From the sequence record ON631220.1: a stretch of 64,000 nucleotides of DNA; one strand, 5' to 3'. Positions 32,234 to 50,406 of the stretch are shown one piece after another. Made by a program: the position numbers and the translations under genes. The notes under the pieces are model-generated. The model saw only the letters and a program-made list of their open reading frames with translations, did not search any database and was not told the DNA's origin. How positions within the stretch are numbered: the first letter of the stretch is position 1; every line of letters starts with the position of its first letter.

Positions 32234-35200
32234 TAGTGTTTCCTCTATATACAGCTACAAGATGTTTTCCAGCTGCCCACAAGATACCAGTTGTTGTAGC
32301 AATGATTTTAGGAGATAGAACCATTCGTTCTTCTACCGATGTATTACCGAATAGTAGATCAATATTACGGCCATCTTCAGTTTCATTACGTCCAGTCATT
32401 ACACGGGAGAATACCGTTTTCATCTGGTTAGCTACTACGCCTTTATCTCCAACACCACATGGGATATCATGATCGATATACACTCGAATAATCATGTGGT
32501 CATATTCTAAGGCTCGTCCTTTCACTCGATAGTTAGCATCTACTTGTCCAGTGAAGGTAGGTTCTTTCAATGATTTAGCTCGTTCAGCACGTTGTTTATC
32601 TGACGTATTAGCTAATGCTTGTAAACTTGGTGTCATATCGTCTATTTCACCATGATAGAAGCATTCAATCTTTGATACTGTACCTACGAGCTTAGCACGT
32701 GGCGAATATGCTGATAGTTTGCGTAATGTCTCAATAGATGCCTCGTCATATAGTGAGTGAGCAGCTGTTTCAGGATCTTCAATTATACATAGAATTGAAT
32801 TTAAGTCGACATGATCCCCAACTTTCACCATATCTCGAATAGTCTGATCAAACCTAACATCGATATTCTTGATTGCAGTTGTTTGAGTATTTAACCTTTT
32901 AGCTAGGTCTTCAGAAATAACTGAACCGTCTTCTAAAGTGTCAAGGTTATCATCAAATGCTACAACAGCCATACAACCGGCTTTCCATAATACTTGCCCA
33001 GGCGTATACCTATCTTCAGAGAAATAACGTTTGTTATATGTGATAGTATCACCACGTTTAAACTTATCACCTTTCTTTAATGAGGTAACAAGAATGTGTG
33101 GGTAGTTAACACCAGCTGCTGTGCCATGAACTGTACCTAATTGATATCCAAATACATTACCATCAGCATATTTAACTTGGATACCATATTCATCAATAGC
33201 TACAACTTCACCATCTTGTTCTGCTGCTACAGCAAAGATAGAACTAGTTCTTTGGGCTATGATTTGTTCATAGCCTGTACGAACTGGTGTAACTGTATAC
33301 CCATCAGCATAAATACCTTGCTGCTGCTGAATTGAGATAAAGTTAATTCGCTTAGGGTCATCATGCTCGGTTGCAACACCAAGCAGTGCACTAGTTGAAA
33401 GTAGTCTAGCTGGTCCATCTGTCTTTGGATCAAACATACGCGTAACACCACGCATGTTTACAAAGTTAGCATCAGGTACTAAGTAAGCAATAACGCCAAC
33501 GTCACCTGAGTCAACAGTTGATTCACTAACCACACCAACATCCGCTTCACCGTAAATACGTGTACGTGCAACCATTGAAGTTGAACCGCGTCCACCATCT
33601 CCACGATAAGTCATCGCTTCTTGTTCACGGATATTTGCAATGGGGTTAGAATCTTCAATAGTGGCTACTGTCGGATCTTGTACAATCTTGCGCCAGATCA
33701 CGTGCGGATCTAACTCGACAGTTTGTACTGATCCACCATTACGCATATTAAATACACGTACCGCTCTATTGAGTTCATTAAAAATAGTCCCTGCCATGCG
33801 CTCATAACCACGATAGCGCATATACGCACCATCTACTTCCGCTGGACTCCAGTCGTTCGTTAATAATTCGACAGACCGATAAAGCAATCCTTCAAAAGTA
33901 GTTGGTTCACCCATCTCCTTAAGTAGACCCTCAGTGATTGGATCGACCCATGCTGAGAAGAATGTGTCAATATCACGTGTAAATCTGTTACTTAATCCAG
34001 CTTCTTCAAGAACCCTGAAGTAAACATCTCGTTTATTGAAATCATAAACAGAATAACGCCGCAGTGATTTATGATAACGTTTGAGTCCACTTAATACAAG
34101 CATTGCTTTATAATCAGCTCGATCAAATACTAGGATCTCATCAGCGAACGCTAATGTATAATCCGTACTATTGACAACAATCCTAGTGCCACGCTGATGA
34201 CGCTGATAATTAACATTCAACTTCTTAAGTAGATTGTTTAAGCCATGGTGATAAGCTAAAATGAAACCTAATGGTAGCTCTTTACCACCAATTGACATTA
34301 GAATAGCTTCTAACGGTGCTTTGGTTAAATCTAAGCCAAGTATATCTGTAATAGTACCAATAGGTTCTAGCTCATTACCTGTTTTCATGTAAAAGATGGA
34401 ATTCTTATCTAACAAGATAGCATCAGTGCCATTGAACCCCACCATTATCAAATCATCAGTTTCATAATCTTCGATATGTAGTCCTTGCTTTGCAAAGAAT
34501 TCATTACGATCTTTGAAATTAAAATAGAACACATTACGATAATTATGGAAGCCTTTGAAAGCTGTTCCTAAAGTAGTGTACACCCTTGGTAGAACATAGT
34601 TGGATTGATCTAATTCAGCATAGGTAACTGAATGTACAGACATATCACTTCCATCTAATGCACGGTTGGTAATCGCTCTGATTAACCAGTTATCAAAGTT
34701 GTTTTCAGCACGTTCAGATCTAGTCACAAAGGTCTTATTGTAATAAGAGGTCAATGCAACTTTACGTGGATTAACTTTACGAATTGGAATATCAGCACGT
34801 TGTAAACGTTGGCGATATGTTACTCCATTAGACATGAACCTACCGTCATTATCAATGACGGGGATACGGAACATCACTTGTGAACTTCTACCACGAATAG
34901 GCTTTAATGTAACTTTGTGGATTTGGTAATGGTTACCAGAATCGCGCACAGTTTCAATTTTGTAATTAGTTACTGATACGCCTTGTTTCTGAACAGATAA
35001 AACACTGTTTAAAATATCTTTCTTTAATAAGACCTTGTTATATTTGCGTTGGATGGCTTTTAACTTACTACCCAACATTGATTTATCAACAATGGTTGGC
35101 TTATCTTCAAAAGTGGTGTCTTCTGGAATCTTAAGATCATCTGGATGATATTCCATCGCCTCAGCGATCGTCATCGGCTCTACTGATTCATCATTAGGAT

Positions 35201-36572
35201 CGGTAAATGGATCAGGTAGACGACGATACATAATCGAATCTTCTTGAGCTTGCTCGAATGTATTCGCAGAAATCATATTCACGCGATACATGTCGTATGC
35301 TTTAGCTCTAATGGCATCGATTAGTTTATCTTCTTCATCAACTTCGGTATTGATAAATAACTCATCTTCTGGTACATCTGCTACGATGAGTTCCTTCTCT
35401 TCTTTAATTTGGCGAGAAGGTGAAGATTCCAGTGGATCTTTTTCAATGATAAGCTTTGTTACCTCAAGATCACTTTCTGGTGGTGGGGTATATGTTACCT
35501 CAATTGCACCAATATCAATTAAGTTAGTTAAGTTAGTTGGGTCAAACTGAACATCATCGATAACATCAACTTCAGTTACTTCTTCTTCAACGTTATTAGA
35601 CTCAACATCCTCAACCTCTTCTACTTCACCTTCTTCATAGCTAACCGGAGTTTCTTCATCAACAATAATATCTTCATTAAAGATAGGCGTATCCTCTTTA
35701 ATTAATGAAGTATTACCTTGGTTATATTCAACCATCGCTGATACTAGTGAAATAAGGCGCCTAGCTATTTGCTGGGTATCATAACCTTTATCATCTTTAA
35801 TTTCTGGATCACGACGCCATTGATCAAGCATCCCTAAGTTAATAACAAAGAATGAGCTTTGTACACGGAATAAAAGATTAATGTTACCGTAATACTTAGC
35901 ATCGATGACATTCATGAAAGAACTTTCACGATCATCAGAAACCCAGCGAACTAAATCAAATATATTTAGAATATCAGGTGTATTGAATTGGTTAGCTAGA
36001 TCTTGAGTTAAACCCCCTCGTAGTTTATTAAAAGAAGAAGGAGGTGGAACTAACTCAGGTAAGTGTACATCAATGAACTGGTTCCAGCCAGGAAAGCGTT
36101 CACATGCAGCCGCTACGCCACTCCAGAATGTACGCATGTCATTGGACCAACGGAACCATGTGGCTTTATAAGAAGCCATATAATTCCATTGAGGGTTAAT
36201 TAAATTATAGTTCATTACCAGAATGTTCTGGTTTGATAATTTAAAACCGGTATCACTGCGTAAAGGTTTAAAGAAACGGTTCTGGCGACGAAACTCTTGA
36301 ATCATTGTTGCTGGGATATTTGAAGTCCTACGTGGATTACCTTCAAATGTAAGCATATCAGTAACATGCTCAATATATACTTTACCTTGATGTTTGGAGA
36401 ATAATGGGTCTGTTTGACTAGGACCCATTACTGCATTATTGCCATCGAAGAACTGATAAATGGATTCGAAAGGTAGATCAAGTTTATTTAGAGCATGCAA
36501 CTTAGGTGACTGAAGTTTAGCATATTCGCGTACACTATAATTTTTCAGAAACTGTGTAATATTTAAGCGCAT
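32217..36572 (-). CDS. rpoB: Virion RNA polymerase beta subunit, main fragment (phiKZ gp178-like)
   Basis: 1451 aa; beta motifs GDGGRG, EDGSVISE and GVGDKGVVANQMKTV; lacks the extreme C-terminus, which is supplied by 4686..5360. Confidence 0.92.
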   Translation of the reverse strand: MRLNITQFLKNYSVREYAKLQSPKLHALNKLDLPFESIYQFFDGNNAVMGPSQTDPLFSKHQGKVYIEHVTDMLTFEGNPRRTSNIPATMIQEFRRQNRFFKPLRSDTGFKLSNQNILVMNYNLINPQWNYMASYKATWFRWSNDMRTFWSGVAAACERFPGWNQFIDVHLPELVPPPSSFNKLRGGLTQDLANQFNTPDILNIFDLVRWVSDDRESSFMNVIDAKYYGNINLLFRVQSSFFVINLGMLDQWRRDPEIKDDKGYDTQQIARRLISLVSAMVEYNQGNTSLIKEDTPIFNEDIIVDEETPVSYEEGEVEEVEDVESNNVEEEVTEVDVIDDVQFDPTNLTNLIDIGAIEVTYTPPPESDLEVTKLIIEKDPLESSPSRQIKEEKELIVADVPEDELFINTEVDEEDKLIDAIRAKAYDMYRVNMISANTFEQAQEDSIMYRRLPDPFTDPNDESVEPMTIAEAMEYHPDDLKIPEDTTFEDKPTIVDKSMLGSKLKAIQRKYNKVLLKKDILNSVLSVQKQGVSVTNYKIETVRDSGNHYQIHKVTLKPIRGRSSQVMFRIPVIDNDGRFMSNGVTYRQRLQRADIPIRKVNPRKVALTSYYNKTFVTRSERAENNFDNWLIRAITNRALDGSDMSVHSVTYAELDQSNYVLPRVYTTLGTAFKGFHNYRNVFYFNFKDRNEFFAKQGLHIEDYETDDLIMVGFNGTDAILLDKNSIFYMKTGNELEPIGTITDILGLDLTKAPLEAILMSIGGKELPLGFILAYHHGLNNLLKKLNVNYQRHQRGTRIVVNSTDYTLAFADEILVFDRADYKAMLVLSGLKRYHKSLRRYSVYDFNKRDVYFRVLEEAGLSNRFTRDIDTFFSAWVDPITEGLLKEMGEPTTFEGLLYRSVELLTNDWSPAEVDGAYMRYRGYERMAGTIFNELNRAVRVFNMRNGGSVQTVELDPHVIWRKIVQDPTVATIEDSNPIANIREQEAMTYRGDGGRGSTSMVARTRIYGEADVGVVSESTVDSGDVGVIAYLVPDANFVNMRGVTRMFDPKTDGPARLLSTSALLGVATEHDDPKRINFISIQQQQGIYADGYTVTPVRTGYEQIIAQRTSSIFAVAAEQDGEVVAIDEYGIQVKYADGNVFGYQLGTVHGTAAGVNYPHILVTSLKKGDKFKRGDTITYNKRYFSEDRYTPGQVLWKAGCMAVVAFDDNLDTLEDGSVISEDLAKRLNTQTTAIKNIDVRFDQTIRDMVKVGDHVDLNSILCIIEDPETAAHSLYDEASIETLRKLSAYSPRAKLVGTVSKIECFYHGEIDDMTPSLQALANTSDKQRAERAKSLKEPTFTGQVDANYRVKGRALEYDHMIIRVYIDHDIPCGVGDKGVVANQMKTVFSRVMTGRNETEDGRNIDLLFGNTSVEERMVLSPKIIATTTGILWAAGKHLVAVYRGNTNAKAK

Positions 36573-36574
36573 GA

Positions 36575-36760
36575 TTAATCCCTTTGTTTGGGTTCCCCAG
36601 TCATGTACCGAAGAGTTAAATTGAGTGTATGGACACCAACACTAAATGCCAGTCGCCCATCGGCATGTATATATGCAATACGTTTCTTAAAGAAAGCATC
36701 TGTTTCAGCGATAGCTTCCTCTGAATAAACAGCGTTAAATGATACAGTGTCCCCGTCAAA
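36575..36760 (-). CDS. rpoC: vRNAP beta' catalytic subunit, exon 2 (FDGDTVSFNAVYSEE...EPKQRD*, 61 aa)
   Basis: Manual translation; starts with FDGD, completing the ...LGAD end of exon 1; stop lies 2 nt before the beta ATG. Confidence 0.93.
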   Translation of the reverse strand, partial: FDGDTVSFNAVYSEEAIAETDAFFKKRIAYIHADGRLAFSVGVHTLNLTLRYMTGEPKQRD

Positions 36761-37241
36761 CGTTATGTTCAGTATCAGTCGTTAATTGATACCCGCACCA
36801 TTACGTGCAGCTCTAGCTCTCGCTAGAAGACCAGACTATATCTTCACCTACAGCATTATCTGTTTAGGTGCTCTCCATTTCGGATCACTTGATCCTACGG
36901 GGCGCAACCCCCTAGTCGTTGAACGTTCCACATATTACAGTTAAGTAACTTAGCGGCTTCGCTGCTGATTGGCCCTACCTTAAGTTTGTCAAGCATTCAT
37001 TATCTACTTTCGTGATAATTGTAGCACTTAAGTCTAACAGGAGTTTCCAGCAATTAGAAGAGTAAAACATATTCATTTCGGAATATGTGGACTTATGTAT
37101 TTTACTGCATAATCTCTAAAAATATAACCATGTTCAGAGTAGGGAACTTTCTTAAATCAAAGATTTTCAATAGATTTATTTAACATGGTTATTACCCTAT
37201 TAATTTTCTATAGGATAACCAGATATACAGTACTACAGTTA
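36761..37241 (-). mobile_element. Self-splicing group I intron (IA2-like), 481 nt, no ORF
   Basis: On the minus strand: 5' splice site after U (GAT^TAA), P AATTGCTGGAAA (37044-37055), Q AATCAGCAGC (36961-36970), R GTTCAACGACTAGG (36911-36924), S GAAGATATAGTCTGG (36831-36845), P7 GACTA/TAGTC, and terminal G before TTTGACGGGGAC. Confidence 0.95.
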
Positions 37242-38708
37242 ATCCGCACCTAATGGCGCTAGAATAGATGGTGATATGGATACAGAATCATGCCACTGTG
37301 CAGGTTTATTTAGTTCAAATACTGGGAACTCTAGCGCTGGTTCCAATGCATCGTCCCGTTCCCATTGTTCATTTAATGGGTAACGTAGTTCACCTACTAC
37401 AGTAGTTTTAACGTACATTTTACAAGGAATAGAACTATTATAGTTTTCTACAGGGTAACGTGTAACGAATGCTGAATTGGTTCGCCACATATTTAATCCA
37501 CTGAGGTAAACTAACTCAGCGTATGTGATAGGTCTTACAAACTTCTTATTTAGGTTTGTAGGTAATTCGTCAATATTGCGGAATATCCTGAAATTTTGTT
37601 TATCATCGACGTAGATAAGTGCTAAATAATGATCAGCAATTTCAATTGCACGTGAGCGTTTTTCAATGACATCTAGCTCATTGATGATTTGTTCTTGCCC
37701 TTCAGGAGTTCCCCATAAATCCATATCTTCGTTAGAGATATCGACCCATTCTAAACGTAGTGTTTTCTTATTGATGAGCTGTACAGTGTTAGTAACTGTA
37801 TCAAACACTTCACCAACTACACCTTGCCTTAGTGCAAAGATTGTACGCGGTGCAACTGAACGAGCTGCTTGATGTAAGCCAACTACGGCATCTTTGAATG
37901 TTGGTCGATTAGGTGAATCAAGATCAGCAGCATTAGTATCTAGCGAACTAATGACATTACGTGTACCATTGGCAATACGACGGGATGCCCATTTAGATTG
38001 AATGTATCCACGTTTACCGGATAGCAGTCGTTCATAATGTTCATAAATAGCTAATACGGTGTTTTGCATTGCTACTCGTTTGCGATCATAGATACTCAAG
38101 TCATCATTTGGTCCAAAGCTATCAGGTACACCAAACGACTGATTTAATAGATACCTATAGTGTTCATTGATCTCATCCATCTCAACACGATTATTCTCAT
38201 CAATCTCTGCATCACGATAAGCGGCTGGTGTTACAAGCATGTCTTTAAAAATACAGTTATCTTTATATTTTTCGATTAATTGTAACCTTGATAGCCGAAC
38301 CCCTGACTTAGTGGACCCAAAGTCAATTCGTTTCCAGTTATCAAAAAAGAATGTATAACCAGTTTTACCAGTTAGTTCATCGGCGCGGATAAAATCTTTA
38401 ATAGATTCGTCAAATACTGCAAATGCCTTACCAAGAATAATTTCTTCATAGAAAGCTTTTAATTTAATTAAGTTTCGATATACAGCTGGATGGATAAGTT
38501 CTAAACCTAAATGGATATATCCAAATAAACTCTCACGATCAGTTGATCCAACTCTTCCAAAAATGGAAACAGAGAACAAACCATCTTCATGAAAGTTACC
38601 ACCTAAACCTTCAAATATCTCATGACTCTTTACTTGACCTAAGAACTTTAATTGTTCTTTAGTGGGAATAAGTAAAGAAATATTAAAAGGAACTAATGCC
38701 TTCTTCAT
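37242..38708 (-). CDS. rpoC: vRNAP beta' catalytic subunit, exon 1 (phiKZ gp180-like; spliced product 550 aa)
   Basis: Beta' motifs EDGLFSVSIFG, GYIHL, LLSGKRGYIQ and RNVISS; ends LGAD at an in-frame stop that belongs to the intron. Confidence 0.93.
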
Positions 38709-38771
38709 TTTCTATTTTCCTATTTTGGTAATACTAAGTTAAACAACGATATGATACTTTACTAATCGTCA

Positions 38772-47547
<8,776 letters not shown>

Positions 47548-47605
47548 ATACTTGGAATAGTTATTTATTGTAACCATTCTTAAACCAATGTAATAGGTAA
47601 TTAAC

Positions 47606-47911
47606 ATGTCTCTACTTAAAAAGATCGGTCTAGCTTTAATTGGATCAGAAGGACGTAAGGAAGTTTTTGAACAAGAATTAACTAAACTATCAAATTCTAA
47701 TGCAGTTATTGATCAAATGGTGATTAATTTACTGGGTAGTAAGAAGAAGTTAGATGACTTCCTAATTAAAGCTGAAGAAATTGATAATAAGAAACTAGGC
47801 TTCATTAAAAATCGAGCCGAACTTATTAAACTAGTCAAATCTAAATATTCACAAGACCCTCGGGTTGCCGATGTAGTAGTGTCACTTTACATTGGTGGTT
47901 TCATTTATTGA
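47606..47911 (+). CDS. Hypothetical basic helical protein
   Basis: 101 aa ORF. Confidence 0.7.
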   Translation: MSLLKKIGLALIGSEGRKEVFEQELTKLSNSNAVIDQMVINLLGSKKKLDDFLIKAEEIDNKKLGFIKNRAELIKLVKSKYSQDPRVADVVVSLYIGGFIY

Positions 47912-47918
47912 GGTAAGT

Positions 47919-48611
47919 ATGTCTAAACCTAATCTTGAGTGGTTAGCTTCCTTAGAAAGTAAAGAAGCTAAAAGTACAGTAGATTCTTCCGATATGGATA
48001 ATGATCAAAAGGAAGGTAGCGATAAGTCTCAACAAGATGAAGCTACTGAACCTGAGAAGAAAATTACTGCAACTGATGTACAAATTGCAATTGAAGAATA
48101 TGCGCGTATCCGTGCATTAACCACTACTAAAGATCTTCCAACTGACCCTGAACCAGGTGATACTTATCATGTAAATGGGGTAGATTGGATTTATCAAGAA
48201 GATGGTGGATGGGTAACTATGCAAGGTATTTATGGCCATGAACATTTTGATGAAAATGGTCTAAATATTGAAGCAAGTGGTATTGATCAGAAATCAGGTG
48301 CAACTAAACGTTATGTGGTAACTGGTTATAATGCTCAGACTAACCCAGCTGCTATGCCTGGTGATAATCTGACTGAATGTGTTATCCTAATGCAGAATGG
48401 ACTTGTTCCAGAAGTTGGTGTAAATGGCCTAACTGCTGACTGTCTACTTAAAATCGTTAAAGATTTATTTGAAGGTTATCAAGCAGGCCCATTTGCATGT
48501 GAAGAGAATCAGGTAGTGATTAATTCAATGGACCGTGCTCTTAGTGCAATTCATCAACGCCTCGTAAGACGTAAAGAACAAGGTACTGAAGGTACCTATA
48601 GTGGTAATTGA
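47919..48611 (+). CDS. tad1: Tad1-like cyclic-nucleotide/gcADPR sponge domain fused to an acidic N-terminal extension
   Basis: C-terminal ~110 aa (QNG..PE.GVNG...LLKIVKD.FEGYQAGPFACEEN...ALSAIHQRLVRRKEQGTEGT) aligns by eye with the Tad1 pattern LLEIVRDRL.SFQAGPF.SREN...AL..M..R...R.ER.V.GT; GAGG RBS before MSKPNL. Confidence 0.75.
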   Translation: MSKPNLEWLASLESKEAKSTVDSSDMDNDQKEGSDKSQQDEATEPEKKITATDVQIAIEEYARIRALTTTKDLPTDPEPGDTYHVNGVDWIYQEDGGWVTMQGIYGHEHFDENGLNIEASGIDQKSGATKRYVVTGYNAQTNPAAMPGDNLTECVILMQNGLVPEVGVNGLTADCLLKIVKDLFEGYQAGPFACEENQVVINSMDRALSAIHQRLVRRKEQGTEGTYSGN

Positions 48612-48618
48612 CATAAAT

Positions 48619-48645
48619 GCCTCCCTTCGGGGAGGCTTTATTTCG
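48619..48645 (+). terminator. Terminator
   Basis: GCCTCCC-TTCG-GGGAGGC-TTTATTT. Confidence 0.85.
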
Positions 48646-48647
48646 TA

Positions 48648-48674
48648 TTAAAAAAAATTTGAGATTTATATTAC
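48648..48674 (+). promoter_or_regulatory. phiKZ-type early promoter
   Basis: TTAAAAAAAATTTGAGATT-TATATTAC. Confidence 0.75.
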
Positions 48675-48719
48675 TAGTGTGTAATTAGGAAACCATCTAT
48701 CTAGTAAAGAGGAATCACA

Positions 48720-49274
48720 ATGAGCGTTGTAATTTTCACTGCCAGACCTATTGGTTATAAAGTTCCTGGCGCTAATTCCACTGTAAATAAGTTTGCACTA
48801 AATACAGCTAATGCACCTAGTGTATATAGTTCTTCACCAGGATCACCAATTACTGCTCAGGAGAGTAGTTGTATCTATACACTCACTTCAAATCATGAGT
48901 TAATCGCTGGGGACACCGATAAAGATAACTCCCTAATGAGTTTCAAACTAGTGCTTGCGTATAATAACGATACAGCTAATTATCTAATTAGTACGCAGGT
49001 TATTGATAGTATCGATAAACTAAAAGGAGTGGAAATTATTAGTGAACTCAGTTTCAGTGTAATTGATACTGGTGCACATATGATCCGTAGAGTGAATTCG
49101 ATCGGTGTATGTGAGGCTGTTGCCGCTCGATGGTCTCCAGTTGCAATTGAACACGTGGCTAAAGCAACCGAGCGTGAGCACCCTGGTACTCCCATCGGTG
49201 ATGCTCGTGAGATGATCGACTCTGGTGAAGACCTGGGTGACGTATGTACTTCATATATCAAATCGAGTAACTAG
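48720..49274 (+). CDS. Early hypothetical protein
   Basis: 184 aa with GAGGA RBS. Confidence 0.75.
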   Translation: MSVVIFTARPIGYKVPGANSTVNKFALNTANAPSVYSSSPGSPITAQESSCIYTLTSNHELIAGDTDKDNSLMSFKLVLAYNNDTANYLISTQVIDSIDKLKGVEIISELSFSVIDTGAHMIRRVNSIGVCEAVAARWSPVAIEHVAKATEREHPGTPIGDAREMIDSGEDLGDVCTSYIKSSN

Positions 49275-49275
49275 C

Positions 49276-49518
49276 ATGGTAGATAAAGACAAAACAATGG
49301 TAGATTTGATTAAGTCAGCGCAAGAACTGACTTCACATCTTGGCCCACTGAATAAAGTATTAACTACCATTAATCTAATTGGTATGCCAGATGCTTTAAA
49401 AGAAGTAGTTAAACTCCCCGATGTAAAATGTGTTGTATATAAACGACCATTAACTGATAATCTAATTAAGGTTGTCTTTAATGATGGTAGTTGCTTTGTG
49501 ATAAAAGATGTAAATTAA
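49276..49518 (+). CDS. Hypothetical protein (likely start MVDKDK)
   Basis: ATG 1 nt after the previous stop. Confidence 0.65.
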   Translation: MVDKDKTMVDLIKSAQELTSHLGPLNKVLTTINLIGMPDALKEVVKLPDVKCVVYKRPLTDNLIKVVFNDGSCFVIKDVN

Positions 49519-49548
49519 ACCACCACCGTAAATAGAGAGAGTACTAAA

Positions 49549-49953
49549 ATGTCCATCGAAACCACCAAGAAGTTTATCGAAACCCACAACCTAAATGAAA
49601 AAGTAAGCATGTCTGATGCCGGGGTATTTGAGATCCCTGACGGTCTATTTGAAGAAGTTGTTCTTCAACCAGCAGGCGTTACTGCCGAGCAGTATGCGCA
49701 GGTACATGAAGGTGCAGGTCAACTAGCAGCGGCTGTAAGTTATGTATTTGCTGAAAAAGCCGCACCGTACATGAAAGAAAATGAAAGCATTGCTGAGCTT
49801 GGTTATTCTTATAATGCAGGCGGTGCAACTGTTTCTGGTATCATTGATCGCAGTGGTGCTCTTGTAACAGTTGTAGATACCAAATATAAGAGTAGCGCTA
49901 TGACTGACGTTGTTGAAAGTGTAGCCAGCTTCTTTGAAGATGTCAATAGCTAA
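49549..49953 (+). CDS. Acidic hypothetical protein
   Basis: 134 aa; codon usage richer in C-ending codons, suggesting high expression. Confidence 0.75.
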   Translation: MSIETTKKFIETHNLNEKVSMSDAGVFEIPDGLFEEVVLQPAGVTAEQYAQVHEGAGQLAAAVSYVFAEKAAPYMKENESIAELGYSYNAGGATVSGIIDRSGALVTVVDTKYKSSAMTDVVESVASFFEDVNS

Positions 49954-49983
49954 TATATACTAGCTATTTCAATATAATAAGAT

Positions 49984-50014
49984 CAGTGGGTGCATTGCCC
50001 ACTGGTCATTTTTT
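49984..50014 (+). terminator. Terminator
   Basis: CAGTGGG-TGCATTG-CCCACTG followed by GTCATTTTTT. Confidence 0.65.
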
Positions 50015-50074
50015 ATATTAAAAAAAGTTTAATGGCTAAATAGTACATTTTAATAATTTAAGGAACTGAGTATT

Positions 50075-50404
50075 ATGGCGGATCAGAATTTATTTAAAGA
50101 AGTTCATGGTGATAATAAAAAATCACATTCTGACAATATCAAATATAATCTAGTTATTGCAATTGTACAAACTGCCCGTCAAAAAGCCATTTCTCAAAAA
50201 GTATTGATTGATGATGTTTTCACTAAACTAGGCATCTCTGATGAACTTAGTGAGAATATTAAAATGTTTAATTTACCAGCTTTAAGCATTGATGTATTAG
50301 TTGATGTTCTATATAGCTTAGGTTATAGAGCTTCATTAGAATTATCGCAACAAGATTTAGAAGATAATGTTGAAGCAGTAATTAAACTTAAGATGAGGGA
50401 TTAG
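50075..50404 (+). CDS. XRE/HigA-like helix-turn-helix protein
   Basis: ISQKVL..KLGIS...LSIDVLVDVLYSLGYRASL pattern. Confidence 0.55.
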   Translation: MADQNLFKEVHGDNKKSHSDNIKYNLVIAIVQTARQKAISQKVLIDDVFTKLGISDELSENIKMFNLPALSIDVLVDVLYSLGYRASLELSQQDLEDNVEAVIKLKMRD

Positions 50405-50406
50405 TA

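Noticed and set aside
36761-37241. Homing endonuclease gene inside the intron
   Set aside because: No ORF of 60 aa or more in the track, and no HNH, GIY-YIG or LAGLIDADG motif seen.
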